A stretch of DNA of 64,000 bases, taken from positions 124,001 through 188,000 of the forward strand of contig OZ025758.1 in assembly GCA_964019335.1 (NCBI GenBank), read 5' to 3'. The stretch's first letter is position 1. Every line of letters begins with the position of its first letter. The notes under the pieces are model-generated. The model was given only the letters and a program-made list of their open reading frames with translations. It was not told the DNA's origin and did no database searches. This DNA comes from Diplonema japonicum (taxonomy: Eukaryota; Protista; Euglenozoa: Diplonemea). The translations under genes and the position numbers were made by a program. Below are positions 15,001-27,600 of the stretch, one piece after another.

Positions 15001-15615
15001 CTCGTCGATCAGCACGTTCATGAAGTGGTCGTCGTGGTCGTCCGAGGTGATCGGCTTCAGCGCCGCCTCCGCGTCGACGTCGAGCTTCGTGTGCACCGCC
15101 GCCTTTCGCAGGACCACCCCGAAGACCCGCACCCCTTGCGAGGTGAGGAGGGCCGTCGCGGGCGCCAGAGCCGCCGTGTCCTTGATCGCCCCGTCGGTCA
15201 CGATCAGCAGCACCTTCTGCCGGGTCGAGGGGGAGAAGGCGAACATCGCCCCCGCCCAGTTCAGCCCGGTCGCGATGAAGGTGCTTCCCTGGATGTAGTT
15301 CGCCTCGTGCCAGTCGATGTCCTCCTGCAGCTCCTTCAGGTCGCCGGTGAGCGAGCCCTCCGACCCCACCCCGAGCGGCGTCTTCACCGCCTCCGGCACG
15401 GGGCCCGAGAACTGGATCAGTCCCATCCTCAGCCCGCCGTTCGGCGCCGTCGAAGCCTTCCCGACCGTGCGGTCCTCCCCGGTCAGGGGGAGGGTCATCG
15501 CCCAGTCCCGGATCATCTCCATCATCGCGTAGAAGCCGTTCGGGTGCCTCCCGAAGGCCTCGCTCATCGACCCGGACCCGTCCAGCAGCAGCACCACGTC
15601 CAACACGGGGCACTC
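1..15615 (-). repeat. Giant ORF: vWA domains 6-15 (starts near 15610, 14070, 11655, 10060, 8520, 6955, 5365, 3780, 2195, 645)
   Basis: MIDAS-position motifs in order: DGSGS, DGSGS, DGSAS, DGGVS, DGSAS, DGGVS, DGSAS, DGSGS, DGSGV, DGTMP. Spacing is ~1.55-1.6 kb with C..C..CxW repeats between, except where the lectin module intervenes. Confidence 0.88.
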
Positions 15616-18600
15616 CCCGAACTTGCTCTCCACGCACTTCGGGCTCGACGCCCGCACGTCCCAGTAGCATCGGTCCTCCGCCTGGCACTTGCACCTGTCG
15701 CCGTCGAACTTCGAGCACTCCTTCTCCACGCACTTCGTCTTCCCAGGCTCCCACATGCACTCGTCCTCGGCGTCGCACTCCACAGACCCCTTGAAGGCCC
15801 TGCACGGCTTCTCCTTGCACATCGCCGGCGAGCTGCTCACGTCGTACCTGCAGTCCTCGTCCTTCGAGCACTCCTTCTCGTCCGGGTACAGCACGCACGG
15901 CGCGATCACGCAAGGGTCGGTCGTTCCCCCGATCCAGTCGCAGAACGGGTCCGACTCGCACGTCCCCTCCGTGGTGTAGTTGCACTTCTCCGTCACGCAC
16001 GCCCCGCCGATCAGGGTCACCTCGTCGCCGCCGCACGCGGGCTTCGACGCCGCCACCACCGTCCCGAAGTTCCACGACAGCTTCCTCCTCGCCCCGTCCT
16101 TCGACGAGGTTGTGAATTCCACGCTCGCCACGATCTCCGCGAGCTTCGCCCCGTCAGCCCCCACTCCTCCCGTCAGCAAGAGGGTCCCGCTCCCCTCGGT
16201 CCAGTTCACCGACACGGGAGGAGAGGAGGAGGAACCGCACGCCCCGCAGGTGAGGGAGTCCTTCCCGCTCACGTAGCCGGACCCGATCTTCACAACCGCA
16301 GAGGTCTCCGACGCGCACCCGCAGCTCCCCTCACAGGTCGCGTTCGGGAAGGGGTTCAGCGGCATCAGCACCTCGTAGGAGACGGCGCCGGTCTTCTTGT
16401 TCGACGCCGCTCCCGAGTACACCAGCCACTCGCAGCCCTCCTCCCCCTCGCACTTGCTCTCCGTCGTGTGCTGGCAGGGAAGCTTCTTGCAGGTCGGGGA
16501 CGGGAGGAGCGCCCACTCGCACCCGTCGGGGTCCTGTTCGCACGCGGCCTCGTTGTCGTGCACGCACGGCGTCACCGTGCACACCGCCGCCTTCGCCACA
16601 GCCTTGTCCGTCGACGGCGGCCCGCACACGCACGTCCAGTCCCCGAGGCTCGTCGCGCTCGTGTCCGGGTCGAAGCAGGTCTGCGCGCAGTTCAGGGCTC
16701 CCCGGCAGTCCGCCACGCACTTCCACCCCTGCTTCTCGCACTCGTCCACCCCGCACTCCGCCGCCTTCCCGGTCGCCGTGTTCGTCGACGGCGGCGGGCA
16801 CTTGCACACCCAGTCGCTCTTGCTGGAGGGCGACGTGTCCGGGTCCTCGCAGGTCTGCTGCTTCGCGCTGCAGGTGTCGTTCGCGCAGGTTCCGCACGCC
16901 GAGACGCACTCGTCGAGCACGCACCCCTTCGCCTTCTGCGCCACCGCCCTCCCGCTGCTCGGCGGCGGGCACACGCACTCCCAGTCCCCGAGCCTGCTGG
17001 TGTTCCGGTCCTCGCAGGTCTGCCCCTCCGCGACGCACGTCGCCCCGTGCTCCTCGCACTCGTCGACCGCGCACATCGCCGCCTGCGCCACCGCCTTCCC
17101 GGTCGTCGGCGGCGGGCAGTTGCACACCCAGTCCCCGAGGCTCGTCGACGCCACGTTCGGGTCGAAGCAGGTCTGCTGGCAGTTCGGGGCCTTCGGGTCC
17201 GATCCCTCGCAGTTTGCCGTGCAGTTGTTCTGCGGGAGGTCGCACTCGTCGACGTCGCACTGCGCCACCTTCGCCGTCGCCACGTGCGTCGACGGAGGCG
17301 GGCACTTGCACATCCAGTCCCCCTTGCTCGCCGTGTCGGGGTCCTCGCACTCCTGCCCCGCCTTGCTGCAGGTGTCGTTCGCGCAGGTCGCGCAGTTCTG
17401 CTCCACGCACTCGTCGAGCAGGCACCGCGCCCCGCGCATCGTCGCGTTCCCGGTCGCCGGTGGCGGGCACTGGCACGTCCAATCGTTCAGCTTCTTCAAA
17501 TCCACGTCGAAGCAGGTCTGCTCCTCCGTGAGGCACACCGCCGCCTTCTCCTCGCACTCGTCGTACTCGCAGTGCACCACGGGCCCCGCCGTTTGCTTCC
17601 CGGTCGCCGGCGAGGGGCACAGACACATCCAGTCCCCCACGCTCCCCGCCGTCGGGTTCGGGTCGTAGCAGGTCTGCCCGCAGTCCAGCGTCCCGGGGTC
17701 GCAGTTCTCCGTGCACTGCCCCGCCTTCTTCGGGTCCTTGCACTCGTCGAGGTCGCACTCCGCCACCTTCGCCGTCGCGCTGTGGTTCGACGGAGGCGGG
17801 CACTTGCACACCCAGTCGCTCGTGCTCGACGGCGCCGTGTTCAGGTCCTCGCACTCCTGCCCCGCGTCGCTGCAGGTGCTGTTCGCACAGGTCGGGCAGT
17901 CTTGGATCACGCACTCGTCGTACACGCACTCCGCGGGCATCGCCGTCGCGTTCCCGGTGCTCGGCGGCTTGCAGCGGCACTCCCAGTCCCCGACCCTCGT
18001 CAGGTCGGGGTCGAAGCAGGTCTGCCCCTGCGCCAAGCAGGTCGCCGCCTTCAGCTCGCACTCGTCCACCTCGCAGGGGGCCGCCGCCTTCCCCGTCGCC
18101 TTCCCGATCATCGGCGGGGGGCACTCGCACTCGAAGTCCGACGGCGTCCCGCACGCCGTGTTCGGGTCGAAGCAGGTCTGGTTCGCCGCCGCGCACACCG
18201 TGTCGCTCAGGCACTCGTCGCAGACGCACGCCGCCGCCGCCTTCGCCGTCGCGGAGTTCGCCCCCGGAGGCTTGCACGTGCAGGTCCAGTCGCTCAGGCT
18301 CGTCGTCGTCGGGTTCGGGTCGTTGCAGGTCTGGTCCGCGTCAGCACAGGTGCTGTTCGCGCACGTCGGGCACGCCTCCACGCACTCGTCGAGCGCGCAC
18401 CCCGCCGCCGCCTGCGCCACAGCCATCCCGGTGCTGGGCGGGGGGCACAGGCACTGCCAGTCCCCGAGCTTCGTCTTGTCCGGGTCGTTGCACTTCTGCC
18501 CCGCCGCCGTGCACGTCGCCCCCTTCTCCAAACACTCGTCCACCTCGCACGAGGCGGGCTTCGCCGTCGCCACCCCGCTCAGCGGCGCCTTGCACTCGCA

Positions 18601-21600
18601 CACGTAGTCTCCCTTCTTGTCGCAGCTCGTGTCCGGGTCGTAGCAGATCTGGTTCGCCGGCGCGCACACCTGCGTCGCCTCCTTGCACTCGTCGCACACG
18701 CACGTCGCCGGCTTCGCCGTCGCGCTCCCCACCGCCGGCGGCGCGCACGTGCAGATCCAGTCGTTCAGGGAGTGCACGTCGATGCTCGGGTCGTGACAGG
18801 TCTGCCCCTCGTTCGCGCAGGTCCCCTTCGAGCAGGTCGGGCAGTCCGTCACCACGCACTCGTCGAGCGTGCAGTTCGCGAGCGCCGTCGTCGCCGGTCC
18901 CCCGGTCCACGGGGTCGGGCACTTGCACACCCAGTCCCCGAAGGTGCTCTTGTCGGGGTCCTCGCACAGCTGCCCCTCCGAGGCGCACAGGTTCCCGGGG
19001 CTCGTCTTCGTCTGCGCGCACGTGGGGCACACCTCCACGCACTCGTCGGTCTCGCACACCACGTTCGCGCTCGCCGTGGCGTTCGCCCCCTTCGTCGGCG
19101 GCGCGCACATGCACACCCAGTCCTTCGTGGAGGACGGGCTCGGGTTCGGGTCGTCGCAGAGGTGCCCCGCGTCCGTGCACTTCAAGGCCTCCGGGTCCGT
19201 CTTGCACTCCCCGGGGTACTCGCAGTCCGCAGGCTTCATCACCGCCGACGCCTTCTTCACCGCCGGCGGCACCACGCACCGGCACTCCCAGTCGTTCCGG
19301 CTCCCCAGGGTCGGGTTCGGGTCCACGCACAGCTGCCCCGCGTCCGCGCACTTCGCCTCGTTGTCCGGGATCTTGCACTCGTCCACCACGCACGGGCTCG
19401 CCGCCTTCGCGGTGGCGAACCCGGTCGACGGGGGCGGGCACGTGCAGATCCAGTCGCTCAGGCTCGTCGACGCGATGTTCGGGTCGTGGCAGGTCTGCCC
19501 CTCATTCACACAGGTCTTGTTCGAGCAGGTCGGGCAGTCCGCGACGCACTCGTCGATCACGCAGTCCGCGGCGTTCGCGATCGCCACCCCGGTCGACGGA
19601 GGCGGGCACGTGCAGGTCCAGTCGCTGGTCGAGGTCCCCGCGGTGTTCGGGTCGTGGCAGGTCTGCCCCTTGTCGCTGCAGGTCGTCTTCGCGCAGGTCG
19701 GGCAGGTCTGCACCACGCACTCGTCGAGCTTGCACTCCGCCGGCATCGCCGTCGCCGTCCCGTTCATCGGCGGGCGGCACTTGCACTGCCAGTCTCCCGC
19801 CTTCGACGGGTTCGGGTCCACGCAGTCCTGGTCGTGGTTCGTGCAGGTGTGCTTGTGCAGGTCGCACTCGTCGACCTCGCACCCGGGCGTCACGGGCCCG
19901 AGCAGCTGCGCCGGCTTCTGCGCCGGCGGCGGGCACGAGCACGTCCAGTCGCTCAGCTTGCTGTGGTCCGGGTCGTTGCAGATCTGCGACGCGTTCGAGC
20001 AGGTGTTGTCCGAGCAGGTCGGGCACTTCTCGACGCACTCGTCGATGAGGCACGTCGCCTGGTTCGCGATCGCCACCCCCTTGAACGGAGGCGGGCACGT
20101 GCAGGTCCAGTCGCTGGTCGAGGTGCTCGCGATGTTCGGGTCGTTGCAGCTCTGCCCGACCGAGCTGCAGGTGTCGTTCGCGCAGGTCGGGCAGTCCTGC
20201 ACCACGCACTCGTCCAGCTGGCAGTGCGCGGGCTGCGCCGTCGCGCTCCCGTTCATCGGAGGCTTGCACTGGCACTGCCAGTTTCCGGACACCAGCTTGT
20301 TCGGGTCCACGCACACCTGCCCCACGTTCAGGCAGATGTCCTTCATCTTGTCGCACTCGTCGACGTCGCAGCTCGCCACCGCCGCCGTCACGGCGCTCTG
20401 CGTCGCCGGAGGCGGGCACGTGCACGTCCAGTCGCTCAGCTTGCTCGTGTCCGGGTCGTGGCAGGTCTGGTTCTTGTCGCTGCAGGTCGTCCCCGCGCAG
20501 GTCGGCCCGGTGCAGGTCGTCGCGCACTCGTCGAGCACGCAGGTCGCCTGGTTCGCGATCGCCACCCCCGTGTACGGCGGCGGGCACGTGCAGGTCCAGT
20601 CCAGGGTCGACAGCACCGACGGGTTCGGGTCGTTGCAGGTCTGCCCCACCGAGCTGCAGGTGTCGTTCGCGCACGTCGCGCAGTCCTTCACCACGCACTC
20701 GTCCAGCTGACAGCTCGCCGCCTGCGCGATCGCCGTCCCGTTCATCGGCGGGGGGCACACGCACTTCCAGTCGTCCGCAACGAGCTTGTTCGGGTCCTGA
20801 CAGGTCTGCTTCTGGTTCGTGCAGGTCGTTCCGTGCAGCTTGCACTCGTCGACGTCGCACCCCGGGGTCACGGGCCCCAGCTTCACCGGCGGCAGCTTCG
20901 ACGGAGGCGGGCAGCTGCAGGTCCAGTCGCTCAGCTTCGTGAAGTCCGGGTCGTGGCAGATCTGCTTCACCGCGCTGCAGGTGGTCTTGGCACAGGTCGG
21001 CCCCACGCAGGTCGGCGCGCACTCGTCCATCTTGCACGAGGCGGCCGACGCGATCGCCGACCCCTTGTACGGGTCCTTGCACAGGCACTTCCAGTCCCCG
21101 GTGCTGTGCGCCGCCTTGTTCGGGTCCGTGCAAAGCTGGTTCTCGTCGCTGCAGGTCGTCTTCGCGCAGGTCGGGCAGGTCTGCACCACGCACTCGTCCA
21201 GCTGGCACCACGCCACCTGCGCCGTCGCGCTCCCGTTCGTCGGAGGCTTGCACTTGCACATCCAGTCCCCGAGCTTCGCCGGGTTCGGGTCCAAGCAGGT
21301 CTGGTCCGCGTTCTCGCAGGTCGACTTGTGCAGCTTGCACTCGTCGACGTCGCAGCTCGGCACCGCCGCCGTCAGCATGCTCTGCGTCGACGGAGGCGGG
21401 CACGTGCAGGTCCAGTCGCTCAGCGTCGTCGTGTCCGGGTCGTGGCAGGTCTGTCCCTTGTCGCTGCAGGTCGTCTTCGCGCAGGTCGGGCAGGTCTGCA
21501 CCACGCACTCGTCGAGCTGGCAGACCGCCGCGTTGGCCACCGCCATCCCCTTGTACGGGTCCCTGCAGGTGCAGGTCCAGTCGTTCAGGCTCGTCGTCGT

Positions 21601-24600
21601 CGGGTTCGGGTCGTTGCAGTCCTGGTTCGCGTCGCTGCAGGTCGTCCTCGCGCACGTCGGGCAGGTCTGCACCACGCACTCGTCGAGCTCGCACTGCGCG
21701 GCGAACTTTCCGGGGCTTCCGCCCCCGACCCGCACCGCCGGCGGCACGCAGTCGCAGTGCCAGTCGTCCTTGCACGGTGCGGGGTTCGGGTCCACGCACT
21801 TCTGGTTCTTCGCCCCGCAGGTCAGGGCCCCCACGTTCCCGGGGGCGCACTGGTCGTGCTGGCACGCCCCGCTGGCCGCGTCCCACTGGCACTTCGGGTC
21901 CGATCGGCACATCTGCTCGTCGTACACGGGGTCCCCCGTGTTGAACTCGCAGTCGCACTTCGGGTCCGGCGCGTTCGTGCAGATGCTCCCGTTCACCCAG
22001 GTGCACTTGTTGTTGGGGTCCGCTCGGCAAGCCGAGTCGCTGCAGTGCATCAGGCACGGGCTGTTCAGGCACACCGCCCCGACGTCCGACCACGAGCAGC
22101 CGGGGTCCTTCTTGCAGGTCCCCTGCGTCTTGTAGTCCGGGCACGGGAGGTGGTATCCGCTCGAGGGCTGCGGAGGGTTCTTCACGATGAGGTGTCCCCA
22201 CGGGCCGTTCGGGTCGCAGATCCCCCTCATCAGGTCGGGGACCTCGTCGATCATCACGTTCTTGAAGTGGTCGTCGTGCGGGTCCGAGGTGATCGGCTTC
22301 AGCGTCGCCTCCGCGTCCCAGTCCGCCTTCGTGTGCTGCACCGCCTTCCGCACCACGATACCGAAGGTCTGCACCCCCTCGCGGTCCAGCTCCGCCCTCG
22401 CCCCCGACAGGGAGTTCGGGTCGTAGATCTTTCCGTCCGTGAAGATGAACAGGACCCTCTGTCTCCCGTCCACGGGGGACTCGTGGAAGATGTCGGCCGC
22501 CATGCTCAGACCCATCTCAATCATCGTTCCCTCTCCCATGTAGTTGTCCTCGTGCCAGTCGATGTCGTCCTCCAGCTCCGGGAGCACCCCGGACAGCCTC
22601 CCCGCCGTCCCCTTCCCCCACGGGGTCTTCCTCGCCTCGCTCCTCCTCCTGTTTCGTCCGGAGAACTGCACCATCCCGACCCTCACCCCGCCGTTCCCTT
22701 GCTTGCTGTTGATCCCCACCGTCGCCGGTTCCCCGTTCAACGGCAGCGTTCGGATCCAGTCCCGCATCATCTCCATCAGCGCATCGAACCCGTGCGGGTG
22801 GTTCCCGAACCTCGCGGCCATCGACCCGCTCCCGTCCAGCACCAGCACGATGTCCAGGGTCGGGCACTCCCCGAACTGGATCGTCACGCACCCGCCCGCT
22901 CCCGTCGTCCCCGCTCCGGGCTTCCAGTAGCACTTCGAGTGCTGGTTGCAGGGGCACATGTTCGGGAACTTGCTGCAGTCGAGGTCCGTGCAGTGCGCGG
23001 GGTTCGCCGTCGCGTCCCACATGCAGTCGCTCTGGGTGTCGCACTTCTTCTGCGTCTTGATCGCCGGACACTTCTTCACCGCGCAGAGCGCGGGGCTCGC
23101 CGCCGGGTCCCACTTGCACAGCGGGTCCTTGTCGCAGCAGCGCTCCGTTCGGAACTGCGCGCACTGCCTGTCCTTGCACGAGGACAGCGCGGGGTCCCAC
23201 ACGCAGTGCACGTCCGCCGTGCAGGTCGAGCGCGACCCGATCGTGTCGCACCCCTTCTGCATGCACTGCAGGTTCGTCGTGCTCCCGCACAGCGGGTAGT
23301 CCCACTTGCAGTTCGGGTCCGCCAAGCAGGTCGACTGGAACGCCGACGAGCAAGGACTCACGACGCAGATGCTGTTCCCGCCGCCGTTCGGGTTCGGGAC
23401 CCACGAGCACCCGTTCTGGTCGGCGTTGCAGTCCGCTTGGTTCTTGTTCGGCGTGCACGGCGGCGACACACACTTCCCCGTCTTGTCCCAGGTGCACAGG
23501 TCCGGCGAGCTCAGGCACGACGTCCTGTCCGTGTACGCGCACTTCGTGTCCTTCCAGCACTCCTGCCCGTTCCAGGTGCACAGGTTCGTGAGGTCCTTCA
23601 CGCACGAGGTCTTGTCGCAGTGCGCCATGCACGGCGAGTCCTTGCACTCGAACCCTGCGGGGTGCCACTCGCACCCGGGGTCCACCGAGCAGGTGTGCGG
23701 GTCGTTGTAGTTCCTGCAGGGCTGGTGCTTCCCGCCCTGGGTCTGCGTCCCGCCGCCGCCGCCGGTCTTCTTCGCCAGTGCCGCCACCAGGTGTCCCCAC
23801 TTCCCGTTCGGGTCGCAGATGTCGCCCAGCACGGACCCCGGGACCTCGTCCAGCATGAGGTTCTGGAAGTGGTCGTCGTGCGGGTCCGAGGTGATCGGCT
23901 TCAGCGTCGCCTCCGCGTCCCAGTCCGCCTTCGTGTGCTGCTGCTGCTTCCTCAGCACGATACCGAAGGTCTGCACGTCCTCCTGGTCCAGCACCCGCCT
24001 CGCCGGGGCCAGCTTGTTCGGGTCGTAGATCTTCCCGTCCGTGAAGATGATGAGGACCCTGGGACGGACGGCGTGCTGGTGCGAGGCGTCGAACATGTCC
24101 CCGACCATCACCAGACCCTTCTCAATCATGGTCCCCTCTCCCATGTAGTTTCTCTCGTGCCAGTCCAGGTCCCTGTTGATCTCCCTCAGGTCTCCCGAGA
24201 GGTGGCCCCCGGTTCCGACCCCGCCGGGGGTCTGGATCGCCTCGCTTCTTCCCCTGCGCCTCCTCCAGGGGTTCTGTCCGGAGAACTGCACGAAGCCGAG
24301 TCGGAGCCCCCCCGATGCGGGACCGGGTCCCGTGTTCGTCCCCGCCGGCTCCCCGGTCAGGGGAAGCGTTCGCACCCAGTCCCTCAGGATCTCGATCAAC
24401 CCGTAGAAGCCGTGCGGGTGGTTCCCGAACCAGGCGTCCATCGACCCGGACCCGTCCAGCAGCATCACCACGTCCATCGTGGGGCACCCCCCGAACTTCT
24501 GGTCCGTGCACTTGTTGTGCTGCGCGTCCCAGTAGCAGTCCGGGTGCGCCCTGCACGGGCACTTTGCCAGCTTGCTGCAGTCCTCCTCCACGCACAGCAG

Positions 24601-27600
24601 CTTTCCTGAGTCCCACATGCACTTGCTGTCCGCGTCGCACTGCGTCTTCGTCCCCTGCGACGGGTAGGTCCTCGGGCAGTACTTCTCCGTGCACACGGGC
24701 GGGAAGGTCGTCACAGACCAGTGGCACGCGTCGTTGTGGTCGCAGCACTTTTCCGTCGGGTACTTCGCGCACAGCCCCAGCTCGCATGTCAAAGAGCTCG
24801 TCCACACGCACCACGAGTCCGCCACGCACCCGGCCTGCGTCTGGTGTCCCGGCTGCGAGCAGCGCTTCGGCACGCACTTCTGGTCCGACGGGTCCGCGCA
24901 CACCTCGTCCCACTCGCAGTTCGCGTCCGCCGCGCACGGCGCCTTCGACGGGTAGAAGCACGGCGTCTTCACGCACATCGCCGTCGGTCGGATCGACGCG
25001 TCCCACGTGCACTGCGGGCCCAGGTTGTTGCAGGTCATCCTGTCCGTCGCCTGGCACGGCCCGTCGTAGCACGGCGGGTTCTTCGACGGGTCCCACGTGC
25101 AGCCGCTGTTCCTGCAGTCCGGCGCGTTCGTGTTGTCCGTGCACGCGCTCTTCTCGCACTGCAGGGTCCCGCTGTTGAACTTGCACTTGTTTGTCGTGTC
25201 CGCCACGCAGTCCGTCTCGCTGCAGTGTCGGAAGCACGGGTGGTCCGTGCACGCCGCTGCCAGCCCGCTCCACTCGCAGGTTTTCCTTGCCTCGCAGTCT
25301 GCCGTTCTTTGGATCGTGTTGCAAGCAGGGGAGTGTACCGCCGAGCCGCTACCGCCACCGCCACCTCCGTTGGTTGAGGACCCGCTCGTGATGAGAGCCC
25401 CGAACACACTGTTCGGGTTGCAGAAGTCGTCCAGCACCTGGTGCGCCTCGTCGATCTGCATCATCAGGGCGTGGCTGTCCTCGGGGGGGGTCACGATCTC
25501 CTTCAGAATCTCCAAATTCTGCTGGTCCTTGTTGGTGGGGTTCCCCCTCGACAGCACGATCCCGAAGGTCTGCACCCCCTCGGCCCGGAGGACCGCTCCT
25601 GCAGGGCCCAGAGACCCCTTGTCCTGGATGCGGCCGTCCGTGAAGATCAACAGGATCTTCTTCCTGTAGGAGGGAGACTCCTTGAAGACCTCCCCCGCAA
25701 ACTCTTCGGCCTCCTTCACCAGGGTCTGCGACCTGCGGCCCACGCTCTCGTGCCAGTCGATGTCCGCGTGGAGCTGTCCCCTGTCTCCCGTGAGCTTCCC
25801 GCAGTTGTCGGCGGGGCGGTTCATCCCCTGGCGGTTCATCACGCTGTTCGTGGGGATCCCGTCCCCGGTCGTCCCGGGGGCCGGGACGCACGCGCACGAC
25901 GGGCACTCCGCGAGACGCACCCCCTTGTCCCACTGGTTGAAGGCGACACGCACCTTTCCGTTCCTGTCCGTGGAGGGGACCCCGGCTCTCTCGCCCGTCA
26001 GGGGCAGCGCCGTCACCCAGTCCCTCAGGGCCTCCATCAACCCGTCGAACCCGTTCGGGTGCGTTCCGAATCGCTTCTTCATCGACGACGATCCGTCGAA
26101 GGCCACCACCACGTCCAGGTCCGGGCACTGCGTGAAGGTCTGGTCCCTGCACACGGGGTTGCTCGGGTTCGACCTGTCAACCACGCACCTCGGGTCCGCC
26201 TGGCAGTCACACATCCTGTTCGGCCCCATCGCAGGGTTGTTGTAGGTGTCGCAGAGCTTGTTGACGCACTTGTTGTTCGCCGTGTCCCAGGTGCACTGGC
26301 CCTTCGGGTCCGCGTTGCAGCTTCCGGAATCCTTGAAGGTCTTGAAGCAGTACTTCTCCTTGCACCCGGCGCACCCTGTCGGGTCCCAGTGGCAGTCCGT
26401 GTCCCGGTCGCACGTCGGCTCCGTCGCGTGCTTGTAGCACTTCGACTCCGCACAGCTCGACCCGCTCCACACGCACGCCTCGTCCGAGATGCACGCGTTC
26501 TCCGTGAAGGCTGTTGTGCAGCGCGTCTTCTGGCAGGCTCCGCTCCCCGCGTCCCACGAGCAGCCTGCGGGGCTCCCCTGGCACGCTCCCTGCGAGGTCT
26601 CGCCGCACACCTTCTTCACGCACTTGTCGGCGTCGCAGTCCCAGTCGCACGACCCGCTCACGTGGTTCAGGCAGTCCAGCTTGTCGTAGATCGTCCCGCA
26701 GTCCGGGGTCTTGTCCTTGCAGGTCTGCGACGCAGGGTCCCACTGGCAGCTCTTGTCCGCGTTGCACGTCCCCTGGCTGAAGTGCAAGCACGTCTTCGGC
26801 ACGCACGTCGCCGGCACCTTAGACGTGTCCCACATGCACATCGAGTCCGGGTCGCTCTCGCACCTGTTCTTGTCCGGGTACTGGCACACCTTCCTCTGGC
26901 ACCGGTCCACGTCCCAGAAACAGTCGTTCGCGGTGTCCTGCTCGCAGGGTCCCTGGGAGCAGTGCTCCTCGCACTTCGTCGCCCCGCAGTAGCCGCTCCC
27001 CACCGGGTTGTTCGTCCCGAAGGAGCAGCTCACCGCACCCCCGGACAACAGGCAGTTCGAGCAGCTCATCCCGGCCGCCCTCTGCGCCGACGGGAGCTCC
27101 AAACAGTTCAGGTTCCTGCAACCGTTGTTCCCGGGGCAGGACGAAGGGGCGGGGGTCTTCCAGTCGCAAGCCTGGTCCGACCTGCACTCCAGCTTCACCC
27201 CCCACTTGGAGCACGGAACTGCTCCCGACTGCGCGGGAGGGTTCGTCGTTGTGCTCCCACCACCACCACCGTTGTTCTGGATCTGAACCTGTTGAGCGAT
27301 GGCAGCCCCGAACCTCCCAGCAGGGTTGCAGAAGTCGTTGAAAACCTCGTCAAGCATGTCGTCCAGCGGCACGTTCACGAAGTGGTCGTCGTGGTCGTCC
27401 GAGGTGATCGGCTTCAGGGTCTCCTCCGCCTCGATGTCGGCCTGGGTGTGCTGCCTTCCCTTTCGCACCACCACACCGAAGGTCACAACCCCTTCCGCGT
27501 CCAGCTTCCTTCGGATGGGCGGAATCTCGGTGCTCTTCTGCGGCTCCAAGGGGTTCATCTGCCCGTCCGTGATGATGACGAGGACGTGCGCGCGGTGCGA

